Part shown: positions 48,901-60,753 of the stretch, piece by piece
Layout: every line of letters begins with the position of its first letter
Position numbering within the stretch: the stretch's first letter is position 1
Assembly (NCBI GenBank): GCA_020137815.1
Contig: CM035352.1
Coordinates: 8,990,001 to 9,054,000, forward strand
DNA length: 64,000 nt
Reading direction: 5' to 3'
Source of the DNA: Hormiphora californensis
Lineage: Eukaryota > Animalia > Ctenophora
Position numbers and translations under genes: made by a program
Notes under the pieces: generated by a model
Seen by the model: the letters and a program-made list of their open reading frames with translations, nothing else
Told to the model about the DNA's origin: nothing
Databases searched by the model: none

Positions 48901-51568
48901 GAGCAGTACAAGTATCCAGCACCTCTAATTACCTTTGCATTCAAGTGAGCAGTACAAGTATCCAGCACCTCTAATTACCTTTGCATTTAGGTGAGCAGTA
49001 CAAGTATCCAGCACCTTTAATTACCTTTGGATTTAGGTGAGCAGTACAAGTATCCAGCACCTCTAATTACCTTTGCATTCAAGTGAGCAGTACAAGTATC
49101 CAGTACCTCTAATTACCTTTGCATTCAAGTGAGCAGTACAAGTATCCAGCACCTCTAATTACCTTTGCATTCAAGTGAGCAGTACAAGTATCCAGCACCT
49201 CTAATTACCTTTGCATTTAGGTGAGCAGTACAAGTTTCCAGCACCTCTAATTACCTTTGCATTCAAGTGAGCAGTACAAGTATCCAGCACCTCTAATTAC
49301 CTTTGCATTTAGGTGAGCAGTACAAGTTTCCAGCACCTCTAATTACCTTTGCATTCAGGTGAGCAGTACAGGTATCCAGTACTTCTAATTACCTTTGCAT
49401 TCAAGTGAGCAGTACAAGTATCCAGTACCTCTAATTACCTTTGCATTCAGGTGAGCAGTACAAGTATCCAGTACCTCTAATTACCTTTGCATTCAAGTGA
49501 GCAGTACAAGTATCCAGCACCTTTAATTACCTTTGCATTTAGGTGAGCAGTACAAGTATCCAGCACCTCTAATTACCTTTGTATTCAAGTGAGCAGTACA
49601 AGTATCCAGCACCTCTAATTACCTTTGCATTCAAGTGAGCAGTACAAGTATCCAGCACCTTTAATTACCTTTGCATTCAAGTGAGCAGTACAAGTATCCA
49701 GCACCTCTAATTACCTTTGCATTCAAGTGAGCAGTACAAGTATCCAGCACCTCTAATTACCTTTGCATTCAAGTGAGCAGTACAAGTATCCAGTACCTCT
49801 AATTACCTTTGCATTCAAGTGAGCAGTACAAGTATCCAGTACCTCTAATTACCTTTGCATTCAGGTGAGCAGTACAAGTATCCAGTACCTCTAATTACCT
49901 TTGCATTCAAGTGAGCAGTACAAGTATCCAGCACCTCTAATTACCTTTGCATTCAAGTGAGCAGTACAAGTATCCAGCACCTCTAATTACCCTTGCATTC
50001 AAGTGAGCAGTACCAGTATCCAGTACCTCTAATTACCTTTGCATTTAGGTGAGCAGTACAAGTATCCAGCACCTCTAATTACCTTTGCATTCAAGTGAGC
50101 AGTACAAGTATCCAGTACCTCACCCATCTCATCTAGCACTGCCATCTTGCACCCATTCTTATACCCCGGATCCAGTGCCAGCACTCTAACTGACCCGTGT
50201 ATGGGTGGTGTGAGAAGGAGATGTCTCAGGTTCTCAACAAATACACCTACAGAACTCCCTACTGCAACCTCCTTTAGCTGTCCCCTGACCCGGCGGGTTA
50301 GATAGGACTTCAGACTGGTAGTGGCGGCTGTTATAACTCTGTTGTGGATCTCGGGTGCACGTATCATGTTCATTGCACGTTGACAGGAGCGTTTTAGGTT
50401 CTCAACACTAGCTGTAGGAAGGGTAACTGAGACACTGAGAGCCTTTAACTTCTCGCCCCTGTTTATTGCCATAACCTCAAAGGGTTGGAGAACATCAACT
50501 GATTTTCTCATCTTGAAGTAGTGACTGAATTTCTCTCCTGTTGCATCTGCTTCTTTAGATTTCGATTTCTCTACACTCATCATAATTCCTCGTCTATGGG
50601 TCTTCAGAATGCTCTCACAGCAGTCCATTACATCTCGATTTGTTTTGACCAAGTCCACCAACACTGCATCCACTAAGTTCCATTTCCCAGCGAGATCTAT
50701 AGTTTTAGTAACACCTCCCTCATCTCGGACCTGAATCTTATCTCCCGGGAGCACGGGACATCCAGCTAGCAGGGCAAATGCAACAGGTTCCAGTCCTTGT
50801 GTACGTGCCTTTTGAAGGGTTGATCCTTGTTTAGCTGGCATGTAGGGAGCAGACACTGGGAGGGGGGGATAAAATGTTAAACTAATATAATAATCGATAA
50901 CAGATCAAGTTAAATTATTAGTTACTCAGTAACTGATGAACTACTAATTTAACTGTTGAAAACTGGGACATACCTCTTACCTATTTCCAATGCAGAGAGG
51001 GTGGTACAACTAACAATTGAGTGTGCAACTTTGGATGTCAACTTCTTCTCCTTCTCTATTGCAGCTAAACTCTTCGTTATTTCTTTTGCCAGTTTATCTA
51101 GCCTTGCCATCTCCTCCTTTATTTTGTAAAGTTTATCAACCCCCATGTTACCTACATTCTCCCCTCGGTACCTGTGTAATGTTATCGTGTGTGTGTGGAT
51201 AGTAGTCAACGTGTAACTTGACAGTTGTGAAGTGTGAACTTCATCCCTAGAACTCATTATGTAAACTCTAATCAATAACATTTTCTGGTAACAAAGATGG
51301 GCTCTCTACTATCTAGGTGTGTGTACCTTGCTATATGAATGGTATCGTGCTATCAGGAAATACTGGTCCCTGATTGGCTGATAACCAGTCACGTGACCTA
51401 AATAAAGAGTTCTGATTGGTTCCTGAACATGTACCTCGCTATGAAGGGTATCGTGCTATCTGATCGCATGAGATTTTCAGCATTCCTCACGTAAACCTCA
51501 TTTTCTCCGATTTTATCAGAGATCAGCTTCGAGGTTGTCCATCGGGGTTTAAGCTCTTTCAAACTCAT
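38906..51568 (-). CDS. SRBD1: S1 RNA-binding domain protein 1 (Tex-like)
   Basis: About 11 exons, including 51568-51435, 51171-50981, 50856-50083 and 41253-41137, down to a last exon ending at 38906. Tex motifs [79 protein letters not shown], and a C-terminal S1 domain ([11 protein letters not shown]). Confidence 0.95.
39207..39410. repeat. Four copies of the SRBD1 last-exon acceptor and exon start
   Basis: GATGGGTACTGACCTAGCAGGGGGATTATAATGGGTCAATAAT four times; minus strand cccctgctag|GTCAGTACCCAT. Confidence 0.9.
41277..41640. mobile_element. Partial copy of the MITE family at 44737
   Basis: GGGGGGG..CTGCCGCAAGAATCTCATGCCTCATTGGCGATTTTCAGGG shared with 44737. Confidence 0.75.
43275..44341 (+). 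pseudogene. Intronless rhodopsin-class GPCR pseudogene, nested antisense in SRBD1 intron 3
   Basis: TM1 [17 protein letters not shown]2 GLCFSD, TM3 end RTYTILRP (shifted frame), TM6 [11 protein letters not shown] and TM7 [10 protein letters not shown]. The sequence is split across several frames. Confidence 0.8.
44737..45243. mobile_element. MITE with GGGGG-CTGCCGCAA(G/A)A terminal inverted repeats
   Basis: GGGGGGGCTGCCGCAAGAATCTC at the left and GAGATTTTTGCGGCAGCCCCCCC at the right. Confidence 0.8.
45382..50121. repeat. 46-bp tandem array (about 100 copies) of the SRBD1 exon 3 end and 5' splice site
   Basis: Minus-strand unit GTGCTGGATACTTGTACTGCTCACTTGAATGCAAAG|gtaattagag ([12 protein letters not shown] plus donor). 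The first unit is the true exon end at 50083. Confidence 0.97.
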
Positions 51569-51782
51569 ACTAGATTTAACGAAATGATTGAGTAAAAAAC
51601 GCCTGGTTTGAGGAAAATTAAAGGACTTTTTTTCAAATGTTCTCCCTTCTTCTACTGATAACTCCGGTTCCTTATGAGATAGAGACATCAACCTGGGGGC
51701 ATTGGGAAGGTCTTACAATTATCTTTCTAATGCACCTAGGATGGAGTCTGTATCTTACCTGGGACCAGAGATATCATAGAAA

Positions 51783-51934
51783 ATGAGGCCCCTCGGAAAT
51801 GTTCAAGTCATGCACAATCAAGTCACGCCCACCAATCACAGCTCAGAACGCGCGGAGTGCTTCGCGCGTTCTGCGCTGTGATTGGTGGGCGTGACTTGAT
51901 TGTGCATGACTTGAACATTTCCGAGGGGCCTCAT
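51783..51934. repeat. Near-perfect ~150-bp palindrome (hairpin/MITE) upstream of SRBD1
   Basis: ATGAGGCCCCTCGGAAATGTTCAAG...CTTGAACATTTCCGAGGGGCCTCAT. Confidence 0.85.
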
Positions 51935-52246
51935 ATAAATAAAATTTGCGAAAACCAGGGGTCAGAAAAAAAAGTGATTTTATTTTTTCGCAAGTCGCGT
52001 TGGTCGGGTTGGGTGGCGCGCGAAGGGCCTGCAGCGCTTACCAATTCGCGCGCGTCAATTCAAAAAAATTTATTTGGCCTGGTACGGCCAGTAAATAAAA
52101 GTGCGTTTCAAACGACTTTTAAAAAAAAAAAAGTTTCAAACGACTTGACCTGAGATTCCTGGAAATTCAGGATTTCCCCTTTGTAAATACACGCGCGATG
52201 CGCCGAATTCCAAGAATTACGGGTCAAGTCGCTTGAAACGGACTTT

Positions 52247-52467
52247 AGTGGAAGCTCTTACGGTAATTCCCACGCCCCGTGGGAAAGTTTTTGACCGTGG
52301 GAAAGTTTTCAAAGCGTGGGAAAAGAGAGATACATACAATAACTAAGAAAAAACAATTTATTTTTTATAGTTATTGTATGTATCTCTCTTTTCCCACGCT
52401 TTGAAAACTTTCCCACGGTCGAAAACTTTCCCACGGGGCGTGGGAATTACCGTAAGAGCTTCCACTA
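52247..52467. repeat. Near-perfect ~220-bp palindrome (hairpin/MITE)
   Basis: TAGTGGAAGCTCTTACGGTAATTCCCACG...CGTGGGAATTACCGTAAGAGCTTCCACTA. Confidence 0.85.
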
Positions 52468-52965
52468 CAGCGTTAAAATCTTTTTTCTTTTTTTTTTTGG
52501 AAAAGAGGTTTAAAATTATACGGATAACAATCAAATTATATATAAACACACTGTGGTAATAAATTAAACATACAATAAATTAATATCTATACTACTGGAA
52601 TAGTATGGTGTAATCGTCTTCCCTCGGTAACCCCGGAGGCTGACAATGAGAGTTTTGAGGAGACAGAAACTGGGGTGTAGGAACGATTTTTCAAGTGAGG
52701 GGGCGAAGTCACGTGACCAATTACAGCGCTGGCCAGCGCCCAAGAAAATTTTTTGTGAGCAAGATTTAGCCACCTATTCAATTGCATTCGGGCGGAGCGA
52801 CAGCGGAGCCCGAGAAAATTTTTAGGGGTTTGAGCCAAAAAGTCATGATTTCGTCATTTGGGAGTATGTGTTGACTGTTGGCGACAAAGTGAGGGGGCGA
52901 ACCTGGCCAAAAGTGGGGGGGGCGGCCGCCCCCCTCGCCCCCCCCCCCCTATTCCTACACCCCTG

Positions 52966-53456
52966 GACAGAAAGATAGTCTCTGTCGGATGTAGCGTACC
53001 GCATCAGGGATAGATTGTTTAGTTTTCCCGGAAAGGAGAACTGCCAGTCTGCGGTAGAACCTTTCTGCTTCACGTCCCATGGTTCCGGTGGTGGAGAAAA
53101 CAATGGGTGTGAAAGAGGCTTTCTCTACTTCCAGGATTCGTTCGTTATACACCCTCTTTTTCTCTTTCTCGTGAGAAGCCAAGGCCGATTTCAATGACTT
53201 TTTGATGTTGGAGTCAGCACGTGAGTTAAACACTCTGATGTCAAGAAAGGTTTTGTCCATGTCAACCCATACCTTCCTAGCAGACACGTCAAGCCTGGCT
53301 TGATCATCAGTGTTGGCACTCTTGTATTTGAAATGCTCTCCAGTGATGGGAAGGAGATGTGGTTCAATAGTAACGTCTGTACATCCAGCCTCGGACAGAA
53401 GATTCGCAGTGAGGTCCCGTATTTGATTGTGGCGGAGATGAACGTAGCCACCAAGG
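52966..53456 (-). pseudogene. Truncated CRE-like retrotransposon fragment (endonuclease region)
   Basis: GGYVHLRHNQIRDLTANLLSEAGCTDV.IEP..ARLDVSAR..DIRVFNS..EK.RVYNERILEVEKASFTPIVFSTTG is homologous to the C-terminus of the 24.5-kb ORF but diverged. Confidence 0.85.
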
Positions 53457-54273
53457 GTGTTTCGTGAGTGCTGACAAACGGTTTTTTAGGGTTAGGGCTA
53501 AAGTGGGGTTAGGGTTAGGGCTGGTGTTTGGGTTGGGGTTAGGCCTTGACATTGCCTACCACATAAACTTTGAATTAGCCAAAACGGTTGAGTGGTTCGG
53601 CGGTTAGAGCCGTTTTAGTGAATCAACTTTTTTGGTAGCGCGCACCTGTAAACAGGCCACCAAACACCCAGATCGTAACGGCGCCCGCCTGGTACTGGAC
53701 AGAAATTTTACTTTTTAGTTTTTTCTTTTTTTTGAAAATAGTGCCACAACACGGATTGGCGCCACTTTTCAACAGCTGAGGAGAAACCGCCGAAGAGAGA
53801 AAGGGGTAATTAATCCTGACTAGTCTCACAGACATTTTGAGGAGAAATCTGGGTGTTTTAAGTGTCAGCACTCGCGGTTTTTAGGGTGAGGACTAAAATT
53901 CTAAAGTAGGGTCAATGTTGAGGAGTGAGGTTCGGGTTGGGTCTTGAGGTTTCCTATCAGATTGACTTTGAATTAGCCAAAAGGTTGAGTGGTTTGATCG
54001 TTAGAGTGTAAACAGGCCGTTAAAGACCCTGGACCCATATCGTAACGGCGCCCCATTTTGAGCTTATGGTCTGCGATTAACCCTTCATTTAACCCCTTTC
54101 TCTTTTCGGCAGCTTCTCCCCTGTTATTGAAAAAAGATGTTGATATGTCCTCTCGGCTCTCTAGCCCCTGCTTGACACCCCTCCGCCTTGTTTTCTAGTT
54201 TGATTCTATTGTTCAACGAATTGGTACGATTAACTAATGAGACTGACCCCTATCCATCCTGTTCCCATTAGCC

Positions 54274-55452
54274 ATGGCTGCACCAGTTAAACAGATGTTA
54301 AACTCTGCCAGAGAAGCCTTGGAAAGTGAGGATGGCCGGGTATTCGCTGATCTCATGTCACTCAACCACCCCTACTGCAAACAGCAATGGTCAGTCAGCC
54401 ACATCAGTCTAGATGCCCCATTTGACCAGCTTGTATTTGAACACTTCAGAACCTCTGACGCAATCCTAGCGGGGGATTATCTCACAGCCTTTGCCTCTCA
54501 GAGCAATGTGGTTCAGATATTCGCTAAGATGTTTAAAATCCAGAAGGAGGATAATTGGGGCTTGCCACTGATGAACGCCATTATCAAAGACCTGTATCTA
54601 GTTGCTAGGAAGGCTGATATAGCTGCGGTTGCTAATGGGGAAGCCCCTGGGAGTAAGATAGATGCTTGTGCTGATATCCTTATGACAGTGTTTCGAGTGT
54701 GTGCCAGTGACAGTAGAACGAGTATCGAGTACTCCAAACGATGGGGTCTAATGACCATCATCAATCTTCTTTTCAAATGCTACTTTAAAACTAACAAGCT
54801 GCACCTCTGCAAACCGCTGATTAAAGCAATTGATAACAACAATAAGGACATCAAGGATGAGTACACTATTGCTGATCGAGTCACCTACAATTACTTTGTG
54901 GGTATGAAGTTTATGTTTGATAATGAATTCAAAGCGGCAGATAAGTGTCTCACATTCGCCTTTGAGAACTGTTTGAAGAGTAGTATGGGTAATAAGAGGA
55001 AGATCCTGACATATCTCATCCCGGTGAAGATTTCTCTTGGACATATGCCAAGTGGTGGAGTGCTGAAAAAGTACAATTTGTGTGAGTTTGAGAATGTAGT
55101 GACGGCGGTTAGGAATGGAAATATAAAGCTGCTGAATGAAACGATAGAGGAACATGCTGCGTTCTTCATTCGGGCAGGGATCTACCTGATACTGGAGAAA
55201 TTGAAGGTGATCACTCTGAGAAATCTCTTCAAGAAGATATATATTATCACAGGATCATTCCAAATGGACGTTGTAAACTTCAAACTTGCACTAAACTGGC
55301 AGGGTCTTGAGGATGTGGACTTTGAGGAGACGGAGTGTATTCTGGCTAACATGATCAATGATGGGTTTATAAAGGGGTATCTTTCGGAGGCACACAAGAA
55401 AATGGTTGTCAGTAAGGTCACCGCTTTCCCTGCGCTAAAAGACTTTTTGTGA
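54274..55452 (+). CDS. PCID2: PCI domain-containing protein 2 (TREX-2/CSN12-like)
   Basis: Intronless 392 aa. QKEDNWGLPLM, FRVCASDSR, NLLFKCYFKTNKLHLCKPLI, NKRKILTYLIPVK, GIYLILEKLK, ECILANMI..GFIKGYLS..KMVVSK..AFP. Confidence 0.95.
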   Translation: MAAPVKQMLNSAREALESEDGRVFADLMSLNHPYCKQQWSVSHISLDAPFDQLVFEHFRTSDAILAGDYLTAFASQSNVVQIFAKMFKIQKEDNWGLPLMNAIIKDLYLVARKADIAAVANGEAPGSKIDACADILMTVFRVCASDSRTSIEYSKRWGLMTIINLLFKCYFKTNKLHLCKPLIKAIDNNNKDIKDEYTIADRVTYNYFVGMKFMFDNEFKAADKCLTFAFENCLKSSMGNKRKILTYLIPVKISLGHMPSGGVLKKYNLCEFENVVTAVRNGNIKLLNETIEEHAAFFIRAGIYLILEKLKVITLRNLFKKIYIITGSFQMDVVNFKLALNWQGLEDVDFEETECILANMINDGFIKGYLSEAHKKMVVSKVTAFPALKDFL

Positions 55453-55676
55453 GAGAAAATATTTTTATTCTTGATATCGTTACTTTGCATTTTATTCATT
55501 GTTAGAATATGGGAGTAGTATCATTCTTACCCCCATTTGACTGTCTCTCCCAACACCCCTTCCTCCCTAGTATAGTACCCAGACTCCACTCCTCCCTTTT
55601 TTACGTTTCCATTCCCTCTATTATAGCCTCCTCTCCGATCCCCCTTTATTACACCCCCTCTATTATAGCTCCGTTG

Positions 55677-57944
55677 ATGGCACGAGAGCTGCAGTATCTG
55701 CGGCTGCAAGATGACCTAGAACAGGCAGCAAAGGAAATAACTCATCTTCAAAACATCAACGACTCCCTGTACAGCACCCAGAGTACTTCCAATGGGGAGC
55801 TCAGTAAGTTGAATATAGAGGTGACTGCACTGAGATTAGAACGAGACGAATTGAGGAACATAATCCAAGTGGCTGATTCAGGGATAGCGGATATCAGTGA
55901 TCACTGGAAACAGAAGTTCTTCTCCTGGAGAGAGACAGAGACCGCACTGAGAAAGGAAATCAATGAGAACAGGAAGCAGATTGAAGAACTTGTCGCAGAG
56001 AGAAAAGCAGATCAGGAGGAATGGGAGAGAAAATCAGAAAAGTTACTGCAAGACAACGCAGCATTAGTTGACAAAAACAAGGAGCTAACAGTGATATTGA
56101 GTAACAAAGAAACAGAGATGGACCATGTTAGTTGTAAACTAGTTGAGGAATCCAAGAAGGGTGTCCAGCTGATGTTTGTTGCACGTGAAAATGAGATCCT
56201 CCAGGAAAAGCTAAGGGTTTTAGAGAACAAAGTGAGCTCGTTCTACGAACAATCCTCGAAACAACATTACCCACAGTCAGACCGGGAGGTGGAGGAGAGA
56301 TATCGGGCTGAAAATAGCCGACTGAAAACAGAGCTCTCACAACGTACTAGTGATCTCCGGCGAATCCAGGAAGAGCTAGGTCGGACAAACTGCCTGAATG
56401 AAACACAGGCATCCAAAATGGTGCACCTCCGTAAACAATCTGAGACATCAAATGAGTCGGTTGCTAATGCGGCACTCAGTCTCTCTAAGGAGCGGGAAAA
56501 GTGCAGGAGAGCAAATGATAAGGTCAGCCAGCTAGAACACCAAGTTGCCACTCTAACTAAAATCAACTCTGATCTAAAGGGTGAAGTGTCTCTGAAGATG
56601 AGGCTCCTTCAGGAGAAAGACAACCAGATCCACAACTACAGAACATCCTACCAAACACTGGAGGAGAAGGTTGGCAAGAACATATCTGATATGGATCAGT
56701 ACCGGGCTACTGTGGAGACATCTGAGAAAGAGAACCGGGTTTTGGTTCAAAAGTTGGAGGACTTGAAGCAAAAACACGCTGCGTTGATAAAGAGAGCTCA
56801 TAACCTGGAGGAGGATAAAATTGTGTTGGAGAGGGAGAATGATGAATGTAATAGCAAGATTCGGTTGCTTAGCAACCAATATCGAGAAGCAGAACTTGGT
56901 ACTACCAACGCAGACCGGGCTCTAGGTCAGTGGCAGCAGCGAGTGTTGGACCTAGAGATGGATCTCAATGAGAAGGTGCTTCAAATTAACGAAACTTCCC
57001 AAGAAAATGCCAGGCTTTCCTCTGAAATCTCCTCACTCACATCGGAGGCAGGACGACTTAACGATGTGGTACTAGAGAAGGCTGGTGCTGTTAGGAAGTT
57101 ACAAGAGGAGCTTGTTGCTGAGAGAGCGAGAGCTGATTCAGAACTCTCCAAACTCAAGGAAGAGATTGTTATCAAACAGGCTGAATCTGAGGAGGGTAAA
57201 TCCTTGGTGTCCGTTCCTTCAGTTGTACTGGTTGATGTTGCTACTGAAACAGACAGGAAGGAATCCCCTCCTCCCTCTAATCACCGTCTTCACCAACTTG
57301 AGATTGAGTGTGAAATGAGAGAACGGAAACTGAATCACGCTAAAATGGAACTCCAGAAACAAGCAACAAAGCTGATTGAGAGTCAGTGTCAGATAGACAC
57401 ACTACAGGTGAAGTTAGCTGCTGCTGTCCCTCCTCCTGTTTTGAACAAGTCCAGATCCAGACAACCTTCCTCCAGATCAGAAGAGTTGGCACGACTCCAG
57501 AGTGAGATAAGGTCCCTGCAGCAAGTTATAGCTGACAGGGAGGGGGAGTTGGATGGGTTGAGGGAGACCGAGATGAAGTTAAAGGAACAAAACCAGGCGT
57601 ACGGGAAACTTGGTGAGCTAGTTGAAACTCTGCAACGTGAGCTGGAAGAGAAACATAGCTCTGTTATCAGAGAGATGAATTTCTACAAGGATAGGCTGAT
57701 GAGATATGAACAGGGTCTGTGTAATGGGGTTAGTAAAGGGATTAACACATCACCATCGGTTGATAGACCACCCTCCTCTCTAGTTGCTACAGACATGATT
57801 ATAAAGCCTGCACCTCCCTCCCCTGTTAATTTGAAAGAGCTGGTTAACGTTATGGATAATCTAAAGTGTGAATATCAAGTTGGCCTTGATAGGATTTACG
57901 GGGAGTTTCAAGATCGGGTCTCGGAATACCCCGAGTGTTTGTGA
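55677..57944 (+). CDS. Long coiled-coil protein of unknown family (about 755 aa)
   Basis: Uninterrupted E/K/L/Q-rich heptad ORF. The likely start is MARELQY at 55677, just after an AG acceptor; the upstream ORF extension is low-complexity. Confidence 0.8.
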   Translation: MARELQYLRLQDDLEQAAKEITHLQNINDSLYSTQSTSNGELSKLNIEVTALRLERDELRNIIQVADSGIADISDHWKQKFFSWRETETALRKEINENRKQIEELVAERKADQEEWERKSEKLLQDNAALVDKNKELTVILSNKETEMDHVSCKLVEESKKGVQLMFVARENEILQEKLRVLENKVSSFYEQSSKQHYPQSDREVEERYRAENSRLKTELSQRTSDLRRIQEELGRTNCLNETQASKMVHLRKQSETSNESVANAALSLSKEREKCRRANDKVSQLEHQVATLTKINSDLKGEVSLKMRLLQEKDNQIHNYRTSYQTLEEKVGKNISDMDQYRATVETSEKENRVLVQKLEDLKQKHAALIKRAHNLEEDKIVLERENDECNSKIRLLSNQYREAELGTTNADRALGQWQQRVLDLEMDLNEKVLQINETSQENARLSSEISSLTSEAGRLNDVVLEKAGAVRKLQEELVAERARADSELSKLKEEIVIKQAESEEGKSLVSVPSVVLVDVATETDRKESPPPSNHRLHQLEIECEMRERKLNHAKMELQKQATKLIESQCQIDTLQVKLAAAVPPPVLNKSRSRQPSSRSEELARLQSEIRSLQQVIADREGELDGLRETEMKLKEQNQAYGKLGELVETLQRELEEKHSSVIREMNFYKDRLMRYEQGLCNGVSKGINTSPSVDRPPSSLVATDMIIKPAPPSPVNLKELVNVMDNLKCEYQVGLDRIYGEFQDRVSEYPECL

Positions 57945-58292
57945 GACAACACAATACCCCGAGTGTTTGTGAGACAACCCTCCCCGTCGGAGTGTTTGTA
58001 ATTAGAAGTTATGGAATGTATATTAAGTATTTTTATTTATTTTACTCTGACAATGTAAATATTATTAGATATTTTGTTACTACAGATTAATGACCTGCCT
58101 TTCTTCTTCTCAGCTCACCTCTCTCTTATTTTACTTGCTCGACCCCGTCTCACCAAACGAAACAACTCTCTCGCTCTCACCTCTCTCGCTCTTACCTTAC
58201 TCTCAGATTTCTCACCTCTCCCTCCCTGCCTTGCTCGACCCTGTCTCACTGAAGAAAAAAAACAATCTCATGCTCTCCCTCTTATTCTCTGA

Positions 58293-59234
58293 CTAGAGAG
58301 CCCAGGCAAAAGAACAAAAAACTCTCACACCCTATTGACTCCTCTCAATCCTAATCCCTGGCTCATGCCTACTTTGCTCCCTACGGCGCCGCTTCGCGGC
58401 ACCTCCGGTCGCGAGATCAAACTCCACACCCCCTTCCCCCTGTTGACTCCCCTCATTCCTCACCCCTCTTATCCCTATTGACTCCCCTCGGCCCCTATTG
58501 AATCATATCGTCCCCTATTCACGTCATCTCACCCTCTAGGTATTCACTTTCCTATAACGCCATAAGGAACACTTCCCTAACCCCTCTCTCAATCTGTGAT
58601 CTGAAGCAGTTCAGAGCACCACATTTTCCATCATTGTTCACCATTTCCCCCATTACTCAGTCATTTCTCAACCAATTTCGAAAATCTTGGGCTCATTCGA
58701 AAGATAATCTTAAGCTCTTTCAAATCAGCTATTATCCCCCAAATTTATAAAACCTTTACACACGCACGTGCACTCCCCAAGCCCCACCAACCATCCCTAA
58801 CAACACGCCAATTTTCCACGTGCAAACCCTAAAAACCCCTCCCCCAAATTTTGTCTTGCAACCATCTCTGCTTTATAATATAGACTAGAGAGCCCAGGCA
58901 AAAGACCCAAAACTACTCTCGCCCCCTACTGACTCCCCCCACCCCTATCGAATCCTCTCAATATCTACTGACTGCTCTCGCCCCACATTATTGAATACTC
59001 ATTCCTCAACACCCTCCTTCCCCCCGCCCCCGCTATGTTGACCAACTCACCCCATAACCCCCTTACAGCCAGTTGGAGTCCTATAACAACCCCAACCCCC
59101 CCCCCCGTCTCCATGTCTCTCTCTCCCCCTCTCCATCTCCCTCTCTTTCCCTGTCCCTTCTCCAATGGATAGTCTCCATCTATCCCCTATCCCCCTCTCT
59201 CTCTATCCCTCTCACCCCATCATTCGATTCCCTC

Positions 59235-59302
<68 letters not shown>

Positions 59303-60657
59303 TCCCCCCCTCTTTCTCTCTATCGTCGTCTTCATATCGGGCTGGTGAATATAATAGAAGCTGGTACAGGGAACTCTTTAGAGTACTGCAGCTGAAGAAC
59401 ATACCGAATCAGGTTATAAAGATCCGTAGAACTGGAGCAGTGTAGAGTTATTAAAGCTGGGATACGAATTGGTAGAAAAGCTTTTGCATTCATCGGGGCC
59501 GCAGCAGTAGATGGCAAAACACCACAAAACACGACAGGAACACGCAATACAACACCCAACAACATGCACGTGCAGTATTAACACTCTTGCCCACCATCAT
59601 GGCAACTCCCCAAACCCCCCACCAAACACCCCTAACAACACGTCAATTTTCCACGTGCAAGCCCTAAAACCCCCTCCCCCAAATTTTGTCTTGCAACCAT
59701 CTCTGCTTTATAATATAGACTAGAGAGCCCAGGCAAAAGAACAAAAAACTCTCACACCCTATTGACTCCTCTCAATCCCCTACTTTGCTCCCTACGGCGC
59801 CGCTTCGCGGCACCTCCGGTCGCGAGATCATAATCCACGCCCCCTTCCCCCTGTTGACTCCCCTCAGTCCTCACCCCAGACCCCTCTTATCCCTATTGAC
59901 TCCCCTCGGCCCCTATTGATCATATCGTACCCTATTCACTCCATCTCACCCTCTATTCACTCCCCTATAACGCCATAATGAACACTCCCCTCACCCCTCT
60001 CTCAATTTGTGATTTGAAGCAGTTCAGAACCCCACATTTTCCCTCATTTTTCACCATTTTCGCGATAACTCGGTCGTTTCTGAACCAATTTCGAAAATCT
60101 TGGGCTCATTAGAAAGATAATCTCAAGCTCTTTCAAATCAGCTATTATCCCCCAAATTTATAAAACCTTTACACACGCACGTGCACGACCCAAACCCCAC
60201 CAAACACCCCTAACAACACGTCAATTTTCCACGTGCAAACCCCCTCTCCCCTCCTCCCCCAAATTTTGTCTTGCAAGGTTCTCTGCTTTATAATATAGAC
60301 TAGAGAGCCCAGGCAAAAGACCCAAAACTACTCTCGCCCCCTACTGACTCCCCCCACCCCTATCGAATCCTCTCAATATCTACTGACTGCTCTCGCCCCA
60401 CATTATTGAATACTCATTCCTCAACACCCTCCTTCCCCCCGCCCCCGCTATGTTGACCAACTCACCCCATAACCCCCTTACAGCCAGTTGGAGTCCTATA
60501 ACAACCCCAACCCCCCCCCCCCCCCCCCCGTCTCCATGTCTCTCTCTCCCCCTCTCCATCTCCCTCTCTTTCCCTGTCCCCTCTCCAATGGATAGTCTCC
60601 ATCTATCCCCTATCCCCCTCTCTCTCTATCCCTCTCACCCCATCATTCGATTCCCTC

Positions 60658-60753
<96 letters not shown>

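Noticed and set aside
53485-53545. TTAGGG repeats as a telomere
   Set aside because: Only a few degenerate units, internal, and part of a locally duplicated repeat.
55509-55676. N-terminal extension of the 811-aa ORF
   Set aside because: Low-complexity pyrimidine-rich sequence with repeated acceptors. The ATG at 55677 fits the local AG-ATG pattern.
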